Origin: Monocercomonoides exilis PA203
Taxonomy: Eukaryota > Protista > Preaxostyla
Direction of reading: 5' to 3'
Length of the DNA: 64,000 nucleotides
NCBI GenBank assembly: GCA_001643675.2
Contig: LSRY02000040.1
Span: 186,001 to 250,000 of the forward strand
Shown here piece after piece: positions 38,551-52,700 of this stretch. The notes below the pieces were generated by a model. It searched no databases. It saw only the letters and a program-made list of their open reading frames with translations, and was not told the origin of the DNA. The position numbers and the translations under genes were made by a program. How positions within the stretch are numbered: the first letter of the stretch is position 1; each line of letters begins with the position of its first letter.

Positions 38551-41019
38551 CGACGACGACGACGAAGACGACGATGTTGTTGTTGATGATGATGATGTGT
38601 TATTAAAATAGTTTAAATCTAATGTTTCTGAAGAAGAAGAAAAAGAACCACCAAATTGAATTGATGAAAAAGTTGGTTTGGTTTTTTCTTTGATATAGAA
38701 TGAGAGCGAAGGAGTGAAACCTTGAGCATAAAGATCCTTCCATTCCTTTGTCCAGTTTTCTTTGTCCAATTCAAGTACATCAGAATCGTTGCAAATATTC
38801 CACAGTGCCTCTCTTCCTGCCTTCCTTTTCACAACTGCAATGTAATGCCCATTTTGTTGATCCAGACGCTGAAAAAGAATTTGCCCAACAAGATGATATA
38901 TGATGATTTCATTATTGTTCTTTTGGAGATGTTGAATACTTTCTGTTAAAAACCCTTTGATAAATGTTCGCTTGTAAACACGATCTGTTTCAATCAGAAG
39001 AGTTCGCGAAGGAGCAGAGCTAGCAGAATCAGTGCATTCGTGACAGAGGGCCAGCACGTCTGGAAATGCAGCCATTTCCTCCCATCTCGCAGCACAGCAT
39101 TTCTCTTTGCAATCGTTGCAATAGACAGCATTTTTTCCGTTCAATATCTCAGTTGAAAAGATAGAAGATAGACCTTTATGAGGAGATGATGAATTAATGA
39201 TAACATTACTGCAGGCTTCATTGAAATGATTAGAAACTTTTTGACATTTTTGACATTTGAAATGAGTAATGAGCACAGGATTGAAGGTATCCTTTTCTAA
39301 TATCTTATTAATTTGAAGAAGTTGATGAAGATTTTCAAATGCTTCTATCACATTCTGTTGCTGCCTGCAGCCATAGTTGCAATATTTTTCCCATTTATTA
39401 ATAAGCGATGGGACCCACGAACGAATTTCATTTTCATCTTTGGATAGTTGATTGCATACACTTAAAACACGAGAAGATATGCTCTTTGTTGATGATCGTT
39501 TTTTGAATAAAGATGGTTTTTGTGACATTACAGAAGAGAAGCATTGAAGAAGAGAAGCAAAATAGCAGGTGTTTCCCAAATTCGGTAATCCTTTTGACAG
39601 TTTTGATAATGTTTTTGAAGAATCATAAGAATGAGAAGAAGACAGAGAGATGAAAGGAGATTGAATTGCAGGAAGAACATCCATTGCATTGCTGTTTGAC
39701 ATGGTTTGTGCAAAATTATCACAAAGCGATAAATCACTATCATCTGTTTGTGTATTATGTTGAGAAGATGAAGTGTTGATTTCTTTTGAAAATGACGAAA
39801 GAAGATTTTGGAATGCTTGAGGAGGAATAAGAGTGGGTGAAGTGGCATATTCGACTAATTGATCACTCACCCACACATCATCGTTGCGAAAGGATGTTGA
39901 AGATTTTTCGATGTGAGAAGAATTTTTTGATTCTTCTTGTTGCTTTTTGGAAGATGAGGAGGATGAGGAGGATGAGGGGGATGAGGGGGATGAGGAGGAT
40001 GAGGAGGATGAGGAAGAAGAGGAAGAAGAGGAAGAAGAGGAAGAAGAGGAAGATGTTGATTTTTTTGTTTTGAAAAGTTTGTGAATTGGAATTGGTGAAG
40101 GAGATGAATGACGTTTATGCTGTGATTTATTTGTTTTTATTTTTGTTGAACCCCTTTCTCTCCTAATTGGAGTACTGATTGGAGCATCAACATCTTGAGA
40201 AGAAGTTGAATTTGAAGATGGAGAATTATTTTCTGAAATGGGATTCGATTTTTTATTTTGTTGAGATGATGTTGAAGAAGAAGAAGATTGTTTTTTATTT
40301 GAAGAAGAATTTTCCGTAATTATTTCTTCATCCCACGCTGCTTCGTCAATAAATCTTGCGTAATCTGGCTCAGCTCGCTGCTTTTTTTTTGCTGACTGAA
40401 GCGAAGTTGAAGCTTCAGTTGAATGGGCCAACATCCAGTTGTTGCCCTTTTCCCAATCCTGTTCATTTAAGCCTAAATTAACAAAGAAAATTATTCAAAA
40501 AAAAATTAAAATAAATACAAACCACTTTTGCAAGACGGAAGATGAGGTTTTTGAGGCGGAATAATAAATCCTTGGTTTTTCTTCAGTGTTTGCTTCGCGT
40601 AAATAAATTTTCCCTCTGTGACATCATATCCGTAGTCCAGTAAATCGGACAATGATGTGTTGCGGGAAAGCGCTTGCAGCATTGTTGTCTGAGTGTGCAA
40701 TGGAGCGTTGTTGTACACCACAGACAGGTCTTCCAGCAGCTTTATATGATATTCTGTTTATAAATAAAAATAATTAGCAAATAAATAAGAAAATGACAAC
40801 AATGACAGTCCGTAAATTTTACAATATAAAACTTAACTAAATAATAATCAAACCGTTTATTGACTTCAACAAATCGTTAATTACTGAAGATGATTGCCTG
40901 TAGTTGTAAAATAGATAGACAAGCAATGAATCAATATCATCTCCACCGATGCGTTCAATTTCTTTCCAAAGAATTTTCGATCTAGAATTAAGAGTTGATT
41001 GAGGTTTCAAAAAAGACAT
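37123..41019 (-). CDS. Sola2-like DDD transposase with an inserted USP (peptidase C19) domain, ~1,248 aa, 3 exons
   Basis: Exons 41019-40854, 40753-40523 and 40472-37123 splice in frame through GT-AG introns. USP motifs: [39 protein letters not shown]. Transposase motifs: [54 protein letters not shown]. Confidence 0.88.
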
Positions 41020-41822
41020 TTTTTGAGAAATATTTAATTTATAATGGTATTTTCAGTATGAAAAAATCATAAAAATTCCGAAGTCATTCACTGTTTTTTT
41101 ATTTTTATTTTTATTTATTGAAATTCTTTTTTTCTTTCTCACAATTTAATTTTCTCAAAAGACACATAGCAATCCAAAAAGCTCATTAATGAAATCATAA
41201 AATCATAAAATCAAAAAAAAAAAAAAAAAAAACTCAAAAAATTTGATAATCAACAAAATTAAATGTCAAACTGATTTTCTTTTCTTTTTTTAAAATAAAT
41301 ATTGAGTTGTTTTATTTCAGCATAAAATATGTTTTTTCAAAAAAAAAATTTAATCAGAGATGAAAGTTTAGTAAAACATTTTGATTTTTTTATTTTTACT
41401 AAATGGACAAAATTGTTAATATATGAATGGATGACTAATTAAAATATTTTGAATTACAGATTAAAATATTTTTTTTTACAAATACAACCTTGAAGAAATT
41501 ATATATTTTTTCGATTTATTCGTTCAAAATTAAATGCGGAAATAATTTTATTTGAACAATAATGATGAAACATTTTTTGTTCAATTTTTCAACTTTTGGA
41601 AACCTACTCAAGATAATTTCTTCTTTTCTTATTTTGTTGATTCAATCAAGTGAAATATAACAATTCATTTTCAAAACTTTCACAATTAAATGTCAAAATT
41701 TAAAATTTCTTTCAACAAAAGTGGACGAACAACTATATATCTCACAAACTAATGTCAGAATGTTAAAATTTTTGTGCAAATAACAAATGGAGAATAATCG
41801 TCTCACAACACAAAAGTCAGAC

Positions 41823-43088
41823 AATTTCATGCATATTCAAATAATTATGGATCTGATCATAAGGAAAAAATATTTTTAAGGTATCCCACGAGGGTCACAC
41901 CTTGGGTGGCATTTTTTTCGCATGAATCGATTTGTTAGAATGACGGTGTGTGAAATATGTCAAAAAAAGGGGTACCAAGGTGTGACCTCTTTTTCGAAAA
42001 ATGTATCTCAAATTTTCAGATCAAAAATCTATGAAAATTTTTCGCTTTTTTGTTCTTTCAAGAACGAGAAAATGCTTATATTCTATTAGTGTTCATACGC
42101 TTCATAATTATTAAAACAACAATATTCATTAAAAATGATTAAAAAAAATGTGTGTTTAGAACTTTTTTCAATGAGAAAAAATTCCATAACTTTATTTCAA
42201 AATGTTCTTTCAACAATTTTTCTCACATTGACGTTGCATCGAGGTTTGTTATTTGTTATCATATGAGGAAAACACATGTTTTTTAAACAAATCTTTTTCA
42301 TAGACAATCAATAGGTGTTCTTTCTTTTGTTTTTAATGAAAATATTTATATGATTGATATGCCAAAGAATAATTGCTAATAAAAGGCAGAGAAGGAAGTT
42401 TGGTATTTATTTATTATTTCTATATATGATTATTTTTTATTGACCGTTTTTATTCTTTCTTTCAGGGCAGGAGGCAGAAATGAATGAAAATGAATGAAGG
42501 CGGGATATCTCGTTGTGCAGGGTGACCATAAAGTTGGGAGAGCGAATTCATATGGAAAGTGCCCAGGGTGAAGGGATTGGGAAGGAATTTGGAATGATAT
42601 TTTCAGACGAGAAACAAGGATATTTTTCAATGAGAAAGATGAAATTGAAGAAAATACATAAGTTTCACATTTTTCAGAAGAGAGGGAAATCGATGCATTT
42701 GATGGGAAAATGACTTCCGGAAAGGACGATTAGAAAATCAGAAAAGAAATATTTGAAAATGGAAGGAATAAAGAATTTTTATTGGAGGGAAACAGTGTGC
42801 AATGGAATATAAAACAGAAAATTCCATATAAAAATGTTTAGAAGGTTTGTTGAATATTTTTTGAAGTGATTATTATTTTTTCATTCAGGATGTTGAAAAA
42901 GCGAAGGATTATATGGCTTTGAAGAAGAAGAAGAAAAGTGGGGAAGAACAAATAAAGACGAACAAATGAAATTCAAGAAATTTCGAAGATGCCTGGAATT
43001 GGGCTTTGGCGAAGAATAGTTTTTGAGAAAAGATGATTTTTTGTGAAAGAAGGGGAATTGAAAGCTTGAAAGATGAAATCAAAAAGAG
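41823..43088 (-). repeat. Right 1,266-bp inverted repeat
   Basis: Reverse complement of 34805-36070. Confidence 0.96.
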
Positions 43089-43982
43089 ATTGACGCATGC
43101 TTTGTATTTTTAGTTTGAGAGAGAGAAAGAGGATTGAGCTGAAAGTGAAAAGGATTCAGAGGCTATTATTTGCCAGAAAAAAACAAAATCCTGAAGAAGA
43201 GAATTTTATTGAATTTCTCAGTTGATGTGAATTGACACTCATCTTCTTTATTTCCAACAATTAATCATCTCATTCAATTCATTCATCATCATCTTCTTCA
43301 TTATCAAATATTTCAACATCGTATCATTCGATTTCTTCTTGTTTTTTTCTCTTTCTCCACCTCATCCTTTTCTTCCTCCTAATCCTTTTCTTTCATTCAA
43401 TACACCTTTCATTCACCGCCTTCTCTCAACCAACAGATCTTCCCTTGTTCCTTCTTCATTAGCTCTTCAATATTCTCCTCTTTCTCATCTTTCATCTTCT
43501 TTCAATTTCCTTTACGCCACTCAACTCTTTTCTCCTTCTTCTACCTCTATTCATCATCTGTGTCCAACGTACATTTACTCATTTAACACATCGTGCACTT
43601 CTTCTTCTTTTAATTTTTCTTATTCATGTTCTTATTCATTTCTCGTTCTCGTCATCAACATCAGCATCTTAATCAACAACCACAACTTAGCTTCAAAACA
43701 TCCCTCAAACCTTCTTCTTTCTCTTCTGTTATTCGTTCTTTATCAACTCCTTCCATCTCCACTTCTTCTTTATCGTCTTCCCTTTCTTCACTTTCTCCTT
43801 CTTTCCCTTCTTTCCCTTCTTTCCCTTCTCTCTCTTCTCTCTCACACATCCCTTCTCTCCTTCATTCTTTTCTCACTCAATAGCTTCTTTCTCATTCAAC
43901 TTCACCTGATTTTCCTCCTCCTCCGCTGCCTCTTTTTGATGAAGACAACGAATTTTCAAACATTCGCGCAAGAAAACTTCAA

Positions 43983-44866
43983 TTGAGACAGAACAGACTG
44001 AGATGGGGGCAGAAAAACAAACAGATGTCGAACAAAGAGCAGAGGATGATGGCTATTTTCACTGGAATGTATGAGAATGGGAATGGTGGGAAAGATGGAA
44101 AGGGAAAAAGAGAAAATGCTGTGAGAGGAATAACACGAATAACAGCAATGAGGGAGAGAGAGAAGGAGAAGTGGAAGGAAAAACTCAAAGAGAGAGAAAG
44201 AGGGAAAGGAAAAGAGAAAGAGAAACGAGAGAAATTTCCTGGTTTTAGACTGTTAGGCGATTGGGTAGAGCATCTTGACACAGACGAGGCAGTCGATGAA
44301 TGTGGAGTCAATCCATTGACACTCGAAAACTACTCATCCTTTAACACAATCAACACATTTGGCTTTCCTGGCTATGCAACCAATCTCATTGACGATTTCC
44401 TCTTTGAGCAAGTGCTGAACAACGGAGATGGCATTCTGCGAAGAAGATTCGGTTCGCTTGCAAACAGCCTCATTTCGAGCAGAGAATTGTCCGTTTTTCA
44501 GTCAGATGCGATCTGAATCCATCTTATGTGCCTCGAAGACAAAGACAAAGAAAAAGCAATCAGAATTCAACACAAACATTTTTGACTCATTCAATTGCTG
44601 GCATTGGCACAGGCACAGGCACATCTCCTTCTTCATTACCCAATGAATCTTTTCTTTCTCTTCCTCAATCATCTTCTTCTCCCTCTCCTTCATCTTCCTC
44701 ATCTTCTCCAGCAGTAACTGACCTCTCTCTCCATCCCAAACCACCTCATCGTTCTGAAATTGCTATGGCTCGCCGCATAAGAGCGATGCATCCTCTCCTC
44801 CGCCGACGCTATCTCAACCGCTGTGCGCAAGTGGCTGCTGCTTCAGGCGCTTCACGTTCTTCTTCC

Positions 44867-44898
<32 letters not shown>

Positions 44899-47630
44899 CT
44901 CGTTGCTTCGCTCTTCTAGAAACAGATTTCTGACAGGCGAAGAGCAGCAAATGAGGAGGATGAGGCAGCAGTTCGGAAGAAGATGGAAAAGACAATATTT
45001 TGTTCTCCCTCCCGATGTATTTGATGCAATACAGCTTTTTGCGAAGTTTCGGACGGTAAAGTGGTTTGTTGAGAATCTGGAGAAGAGGAAGAGAGAAAGA
45101 GAGAGAGAAGCAAGGAATGAGAGAAGAGAGGAGAGAAGAACAAGAGAAATGAATCAAATGAGGAAGGCATTGAAATCCACAAATGATGCAGATAACAATG
45201 ATGAAGAAAATGATAATAAAGCAATAGCAGAAGAAAACGAAAGCTTATCATCTATCAGAAGAGATTCTTTGAAGGAACCGAAGAAAAATGAAGAAAGTGA
45301 ATGTTTTTCCGCAGCTCCATCATCAGTGATGAAGAAGAGCGAAGAGAGAAGTGTCACAAGCAGAGAGAGAAACAGAGGCTGATGCGAAGGTATTACCAGG
45401 CGCTTGAGCTTCAACGAGATTCTGTTGTGAATGAGGTGCTTTTGAAGGTCAGACCAAACCTTCTGCTTTCTCCGACGCCGATTGATGAATCGATAAAAAG
45501 ACCAGGAATGAGTGTGAATGCTACAAAAAGTGAGGGGGATGGCAAAGAAGACGGAAAAGAAGAGAAAGAAGTGATTAATTCTTTGAATGAAAATGGAAAC
45601 AAAGAAGAAGTTGAAGGCGATGAAGATAGCACGAAAGATGAGGAAGAAGAAGATGATGATGACTCGAACAACGACGAAAACGAAGAAGTGATTTTGGAGG
45701 ATTCAATGAACAAACCCAAATCAGTTGTTTCAAAAGAAAAGAAAATAAAACATTTATCAAAATCCAAAAATAATTATAACAAAATGAAGAATAAGAAGAA
45801 AACAGAAGCTTGCAACTTGACTGGAATAAACGAAGACGAAGAAGACGACATTCGAGAGAAGAAGCTGCGGGAGATTCTGACAGCGTTCCGAAGAAGAGAA
45901 GAAGAGTTTGACAACGACGACTGGTGGGGAATAAGCTCAGGGGATGGATGGCTGTATGAAGAGGACAATGCAGACGATGAGAGTATTCTGAAGCTGATGA
46001 GCTATGAGAATGTGGTGAATGTTGGGGGAATTCTATCAGATGACGAATCAACTGATAGTTTGGAGAGCGATGCGAGTGAAAAGGAAGGAGCATATGATGA
46101 TGATGCAAATGATACTGAAACAAAACAAAGTGCTTCGATGAAAAAGAAAGGAAATGAAAACAATGAAGCTCAGGAAAGTGTTGAAAGACTTCAAAAGAAA
46201 GACTATCAAACAGAAGCAGAAAAGAATGCAAAAGCGAAAGAATCAATTCAAAACGGCAAAAAAGACGAAACGCATTCAGATGAGCCAAAGCCAGAGCCTC
46301 TTTCATCGCAAGCTCAGCAGAAACAGCAGCAACAACCACAACAACAGAACACAACAGCAAATACCTCTCCAACACCATCACCTTCTCCACAGCCTAAGCA
46401 ATATACTTCAGGACGAGGCGCCTTTGGAACGATACACTTTACGCGAGGGAAGCGAATGGACGGAGGATGGAGAGGAGTTGGAGGGAGAGCGTTGATTGTG
46501 TACAGCCAAGAGATGGAAATGGGGAGAGGAGCTGTTTGTGCACCAACAACGCAGCTGTCACATACCGTTGGAGGAGGTGGAGGTGGAGGAGGAATTGGAG
46601 GAGGAGGAGGAGGGGCGACGTTGGGTGTGATGGAGATGAAGGATTTGAACAAAGAAGTGACAAGGGCGATGCAAGATGAGTTTCAGAATGAGAAAGGGAA
46701 AGTGGACGATGAAGAGGCGAAAATCACGTTTAATTCATTGGAATCAGATGATCAGAGAGAGAAACTGCTTCGGCTGATGAAACTGCAGGAGATGCAGAAG
46801 AAGAAAAAGGAGAAAGAAGAGCAAGAGCGAAGAAAAATGGAGAAAATGGCGAAGAAGATAAAGGAAAGAGACAAAAATCTGTAAAGCAAAATCAAAGGAA
46901 TACTTCTACCATACCGTGAGATTGGCGCGCCGACCAACCAGAAGGAGAACAAAATGTCCAGCGAGGCCCAACAAGAGGCGAAAGAAAGCCAAACGCCATC
47001 TTTGACAAGAGAGCGGAAATTGGACTGCACGCTGAATGATTAAGCTTATTCTGTCTTTGAAGATTTGAGCGATGAATTGGATGTGCCCCGCCGCTATGTT
47101 TGCATCAAAAGCGAGGAAGACGGGCAATTTGTGTAAAAGTTACAGGAAGTGTCTGTGTATGCAGTAGTTGAAGCGATGCAGATAAGAACGCGGCTGGATC
47201 TGATGAGCGCGCTAATGAGCGGACTGATGCAAAGCTGGGCGGAGCTGCGAAGAGGAAGCTGAAGAAACTCACAGAAAGGGAAGGAAAGGAGCAGGGAAAG
47301 GATCACCTTTGATGTTTCAGAAAAAGAAAGGGATAAGAACATTCAATCAGAGCAGTGTGCCTGGGAGAAGAGATGCTCTGTCGAAGCTGTTTTCTTCGCT
47401 TTCTTTCTCGTAGTTGGCATCTTTCTTCACATCACAGAATTCAAAGGCCATGAATATGATGCAGAAATACCCTGCTCTCTATTTGGTTGCGCCTTTTAAT
47501 TCAGCTGCTGATCTTGCTGCAAGTCCAAACATTGCTCTTCATCCTCTTTCTCATTGTACTTCATCACTTGTCAATTCGTCCTTGTTTATGAACATCCAAC
47601 AACTATCTTCTCCTTCTCTCAGAACATCTT
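43983..47630 (+). pseudogene. Large low-complexity hypothetical gene broken by frameshifts and stops
   Basis: Consecutive same-strand ORFs 43983-44516, 44528-45382 and 45301-46884 with coding-like composition, followed by decayed sequence. No domain recognised. Confidence 0.45.
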
Positions 47631-48969
47631 AATCTCCTTCACTGCAATTCCAAGCAAAACTTCTTTCTTCTACTAATTCAGCTATTCCAACCCCACTTCC
47701 GCTATCACTTCCTGCCTTAACTTCTTCTTCTTCTTTTCTTTCATTCAACTCCCCTCGAATTCATCGTCAGGCCTCATCTTTCATTTCTATTCAGAAGCAC
47801 AGATAATTATTTATTCTAACACAGAATATCAGCAGAAATTATGTGATAAAGAAGACAGTGTTTCGTTGATCCAAGAAAAGCGTATCTGATGGAGTACAAT
47901 CAGAAAAGGAGGAAGATTTTGCCATTTTTATTTGGAAGCTGAAGCATTTGCAGTGAAAACAGAAAGAACATTGAAGCTATTGTTTTATGAAATGGATGGG
48001 CTCCTAAATAGCCTTCGGAAGATTTCACAGCAGCGAAACCAAGGCGAATTGTTGCAAATGAAGCGAGGAAGAAAAGGAATTGAGAGGAAAAGACATATTT
48101 GAAGAGAAATTATATGAGACACTTGCTCTAATTGGATACGAAAAAGTTGAAATCGGAAAGTTGAGGAAATAAATGTTTTTGAAAATCTTTCTGATTTGAT
48201 TGAAGAAATGCTATTTGAAGAGAAGAAATAGATGATTCCTTAAGCAACGAGCTTTATTTTCATTTGATGAAGAAGCCAAATCAAATGGAAAATGGCAAAG
48301 TTAGATTTTTTCGGAACTTAGTTAAACTTCTCGAATAATTAGTGATGATATATGCTCTTGTTGAAAAAGCAATGAAGGCACAAAGATTTTTCGATGATAT
48401 GGAAAATTTAAAAAATTAATGAATGGAAGAAATTTTAATGAAATTAGAAAATGTCAATTGTTATCAATGATTTTTGCATCAGCTGCGCTGAAGGTGAGTG
48501 TTTGAAGAGGAACAAATGTTGAGCTGAGGAGGGTGAGGGAGGAGTCTTGGAGGAGGAAAATGAAGCCAGTGAGGGAATACTCGATTGTGGCACATGGTAT
48601 CTGTCCTTATCTTCCACAGACATCGACATCAGTTCCATTGTTGAAATCGGATTTATCCAATGTTCCACGATTTTGTTTAACGTTTGATGAAGTTGATGAA
48701 AAGAATAAAAGGAATGGAGATTTGTTGGCTGTGCAAAGGTGAAGAAAAAATAAAAAGAAAAATAACTCTTAATAATAAATTGGTTTCAATAATTTTGTTT
48801 TCTTCTTTTCTGTTCTTATTTTTAATTTTTTCTTTTCAATGTTTTGTTTTTTCCAATTATGAATTTGCAATTTTTTTTGAAGTTTTATTCGTTTGTTTTA
48901 GTAAATATTTATAAAACTTGGTCAAAACAATTCTTTTCCACAAAAAAAAGTGAAAAAGGTATGTCTTTT

Positions 48970-48995
48970 GGGGGGGGGGGGGGGGGGGGGGGGGG
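48970..48995. repeat. 26-nt poly-G tract (G-quadruplex potential)
   Basis: Directly visible within AT-rich intergenic DNA. Confidence 0.9.
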
Positions 48996-49797
48996 AATAA
49001 AACAAATTTATATTACAGAAATTAATGCTAAATGCTTGCAAAAAAACAATTTAACTCTTTGATCAATTAATACCACAATAGAATTTATATTTTCGATTTT
49101 TGATCTTTTTTTATGATGTCAAAAAAAATCACCCAAATGATATATTGGAAAAATGAATAAGAGGAAAACGAAGAAGCAACAATATTTACAGTTTTTGGTA
49201 TCATTGATAACTTTAATAGCGTTGCATAATTACCACTTATTATCAATATCTAAATTGTTTTTGTTTTTAACTTACAAGACTTTTTAACAAGCAATGGAAA
49301 CATTCCACCTTTCCACTCCCCTCCCAGGAAATATTCATTATTGAAAAAAATCAACATTTGAACCATTTTTGTATAATAGGTAGTGCTCTTCATTCATTTT
49401 TGATGAATTCTTTATGTTTCAACAATAATGAAAAAATAACACAAATATATTTTCGATATTTTTGAATATGTTAATTGTTGACAATCATTTGTTGTAAAAA
49501 AACATTTCAATAATCGTATTAAACGTAATATTATATTTTTTTTTTTATTACGATTTTCACAAAAATAATTAAAATGATTAATTTCTCATAATTTGTTGGT
49601 GAAACTTGAAATAACAAATGCGTATTTCAAATTTTTACAAAAATTTCACAATTATACAAAAATTGTGCAATTCATCTTCAAAAAACAATTAATATTCAGA
49701 GCACTTTATTTCTCCAGAACAAATTTTCAACAACAACACCTCTTGTTATGGGAGTTTGTAAACTATAAAGGGCTCTGCCATTAATTAGATCATTGAA

Positions 49798-52700
49798 ATG
49801 GAAGTATCAACTGCAGGACCTGCATCGGGACTGAGCGGTAATTTTACCCTCGGCGGATCAACGGGCAGCGTAGGCTTATCTCAGCCTACCTCCTCAAGCG
49901 GTACACTCGCTTCCGACCAATTTCCAGCGACTTCACAACCGGCACCAGCAGATCGGACAGAAAGCCAAGTTCTGTCGTTTTCTTCGCTTTGCGCTGCCTT
50001 ATTTAATGATAAGATCAATTCTTCTGTATACGATTTTCACACGGATTCCGCAGACTTGGAGACAACAGTTGAACAATATGAATCCTTTGTTTGTACACCA
50101 TTTATTCCAATCATAACTCGTCCTCATGCAAGATCATCAAATCTGCAAAGAGACGCACTTGATTCCAGCGGTTACAGAGTGGAAAGATATCTCATCACAG
50201 CATTGAAGGCCCTGATCCTATCTCGTTCAGAGGGTGAAGCCAGTAAAGAGAAGACAATCGACGCCATGCTCCTTATTGTTGCAGCGCTCCAGGAGGCACG
50301 CCACACTAGAATTCAGGCTGATATTGGTTATGATGCTGTACGCTCTCTCAAAGAAGATCAAGAAAACTCTCTCGTTTCCAGCGAAATACTTTCAAAGATC
50401 ACGCCAATACTAGAAGCAAGGAAAACAAGAAGAGAAGTGGATGAAGCGGCAGTTCCAGTGGACGATGGGTTGAATGATGTTGTGGACCGCTCGCCTTCTC
50501 CAACGGACTCTTCATCTTCTTTCTCTTCTTCTTCTTGTTCTACGTGTTCTGGTTCTTCTTCACCTTCTCCTTCTCCTTCTTCTTCTTCTTCTTCTTCTTC
50601 TTCTTCCAGATCCTCTGATCCTGACGCTCACAGTAGCTACGACCAAGAAGGTTGTCGAGACTCCAGAAGCATAAGAGACTTCGACGATATGCAGCACAAC
50701 ACTTGCGCCGACGAAACAGCCAGCTCCCGAAACGCTACCTGCGGCTCGTCGATTCCAGCTACCTCTGCAACATCTGCTTCCTCTGCTTCCGCTGCTTATT
50801 CCGTTGCTTCTGCTGGCTCTGCAACCTCTGATTATTCTGTTGCTTTGGATGCTCCGGGTGCTCAGAGAATGAATAACATTCAGCGCTCTGTTTCAGTCCC
50901 GCTAGACGAGCGGGAGAAGAAAGAGTGGAATCTATCAGTTAGCGGAGAAGTTCCCTTTATGCATCGCTCTCAATCGTACGGTGAACTGAGCAATTTGAGA
51001 CATGAGTATCCGAGCGATGGGCTGCTGGTGTACAGCGGCTGTATCAAGTTCTTGTCGTTCAGCTCTCCACCAGGGGGCGTGTTTCAATTGGGGAAAAAGG
51101 ATGAAAATAGTGAAGTCAAAAGGTGTGAGGAAGATGAAGCATTCTTCTCGAAACCGCTGGTTGCACTGCAGCAAAAGGATTTTATGGAACTGATTAAGTA
51201 CGCGCTATCGCTTGCACGGATGCTGGCCAGGGAGAAAAAGAGGAGAGAAGCAGAACTGATCGCTGAACACATGGCAGAAAAAAGAAATTATGGATTCCAG
51301 AACACGGATGACTATCAACAAAAAGAAGAATCGTATGAAGAAGAAAACGACAAAACAGAATTCAACAAAATTAATGCGATTAACCGGAATATGGGAGGTG
51401 ACCATCCAGAGGAGAGGCAGGAAATGAGCCAAGTTGCCGTCATGAGGACCAGTCAGACAGCCAACGAAGAGCAAGAGAGCAGAAATACAGCTGAGCCGAG
51501 CGCTGCGAGCTACGATGTTGCACAAATGCCAAGAAGCACCGATGTGAATGAGATGTTAATGGAACAGTCCATTTTTCCGAGATACACACAAGTCAGTGAC
51601 GAGTCATTTTTGCTGATGTTTCCGTTTGTGGATAAAGAAGAGATGAAGAAAATAATCTCCCAGGAGATGCTGAATTCGAGAGATGATCCGATTGATAACT
51701 ATTTGCCTGCAGAGAAAGACTATGAATATTCAATGGGATTGAATGCGCGCTTCTTTAACGAAGCAATGAGGCAGGATCAGGTGGAGAACGAGCAGAACAC
51801 AGATGTGCAGAAGGAGATCGAGATGACTCGTTATGAAGGAATAGTGCATTCGTGCCAAGTTGATGGTGATGGCAATGGTGATGAAAATGAAAATGAAAAT
51901 GGAATTAGAGATGGTGGTGGTGGTGGTGGTGGTAATGTAGATAATGATGTCCGCACAGAGCAAGGAGTGGCAAGCCAAAGCAAAGCCTTCCAATCAGAAA
52001 GCTCTGCTGAAGATACAGATGCTCTGAAAAAGAAGACACAAAGCAATGAAAACAATGAAGGCAATGACGGCAATGGCAACAATGCCACCGAAGAAACCAT
52101 TGACACAGACCATTCCTCGTCCTCATCTACATCTTCGCTTATGCCTCGTGTTGTAAAAGAAGACATTTCACAGACTCAGTTTGTTGATGATTGTCCGACA
52201 GATTATTCCTGCCAATTACAAAGCAAAGATATTCAACCAGATGATTTATCGTTGATTTCCCCTCGAAAGCAGAAAGTATTTTGTGAATATATCGATGTAG
52301 ATTTTTCCGGACAACAAAATCAGTGTTGTTGCACAAATAATCCAATACCAGAAGACCCCACAGATATCAAAATATGTTCACCAGGCTCTTATTCTCCTTC
52401 TCTTTCTCCATCTCAATCTCTTTCTCTTTCCACTTCTCCTTCTCTCTCGCTATCTCGCTGTTTATCTCCGCTCACTTGCTTGTCCCTCTCCAATGACGCT
52501 TCACAGAATTTCAAGACATGTACGTCAAATGAAAACTCCTTCGTTTCTTTGTATAGAAAATGCGATTTACACAGCAAGTTTGTGCAGTCGCTCTCACCTT
52601 CTGATAAAGATGAGCCTGATTTCACTGAAGGAAGCACTGATTTATTACAGTTGCTTGTCACAAAGGAGCAAAAATATTTTGATAAAGATGCGGTTATTGA

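Larger units (their letters stand above)
34805..43088 (-). mobile_element. Sola2-like DNA transposon bounded by 1,266-bp inverted repeats (alternative termini 35904-41989)
   Basis: Inverted repeats 34805-36070 and 41823-43088 enclose one transposase gene. Internal GAGGTCACACCTTGG (35904) and CCAAGGTGTGACCTC (ending 41989) match the GAG...CTC termini described for Sola2/3. No direct TSD is seen at either candidate boundary. Confidence 0.75.

Noticed and set aside
46405-46440. 'SGRGAFGTIH' as a protein kinase glycine-rich loop
   Set aside because: No downstream VAxK, HRD or DFG motifs.
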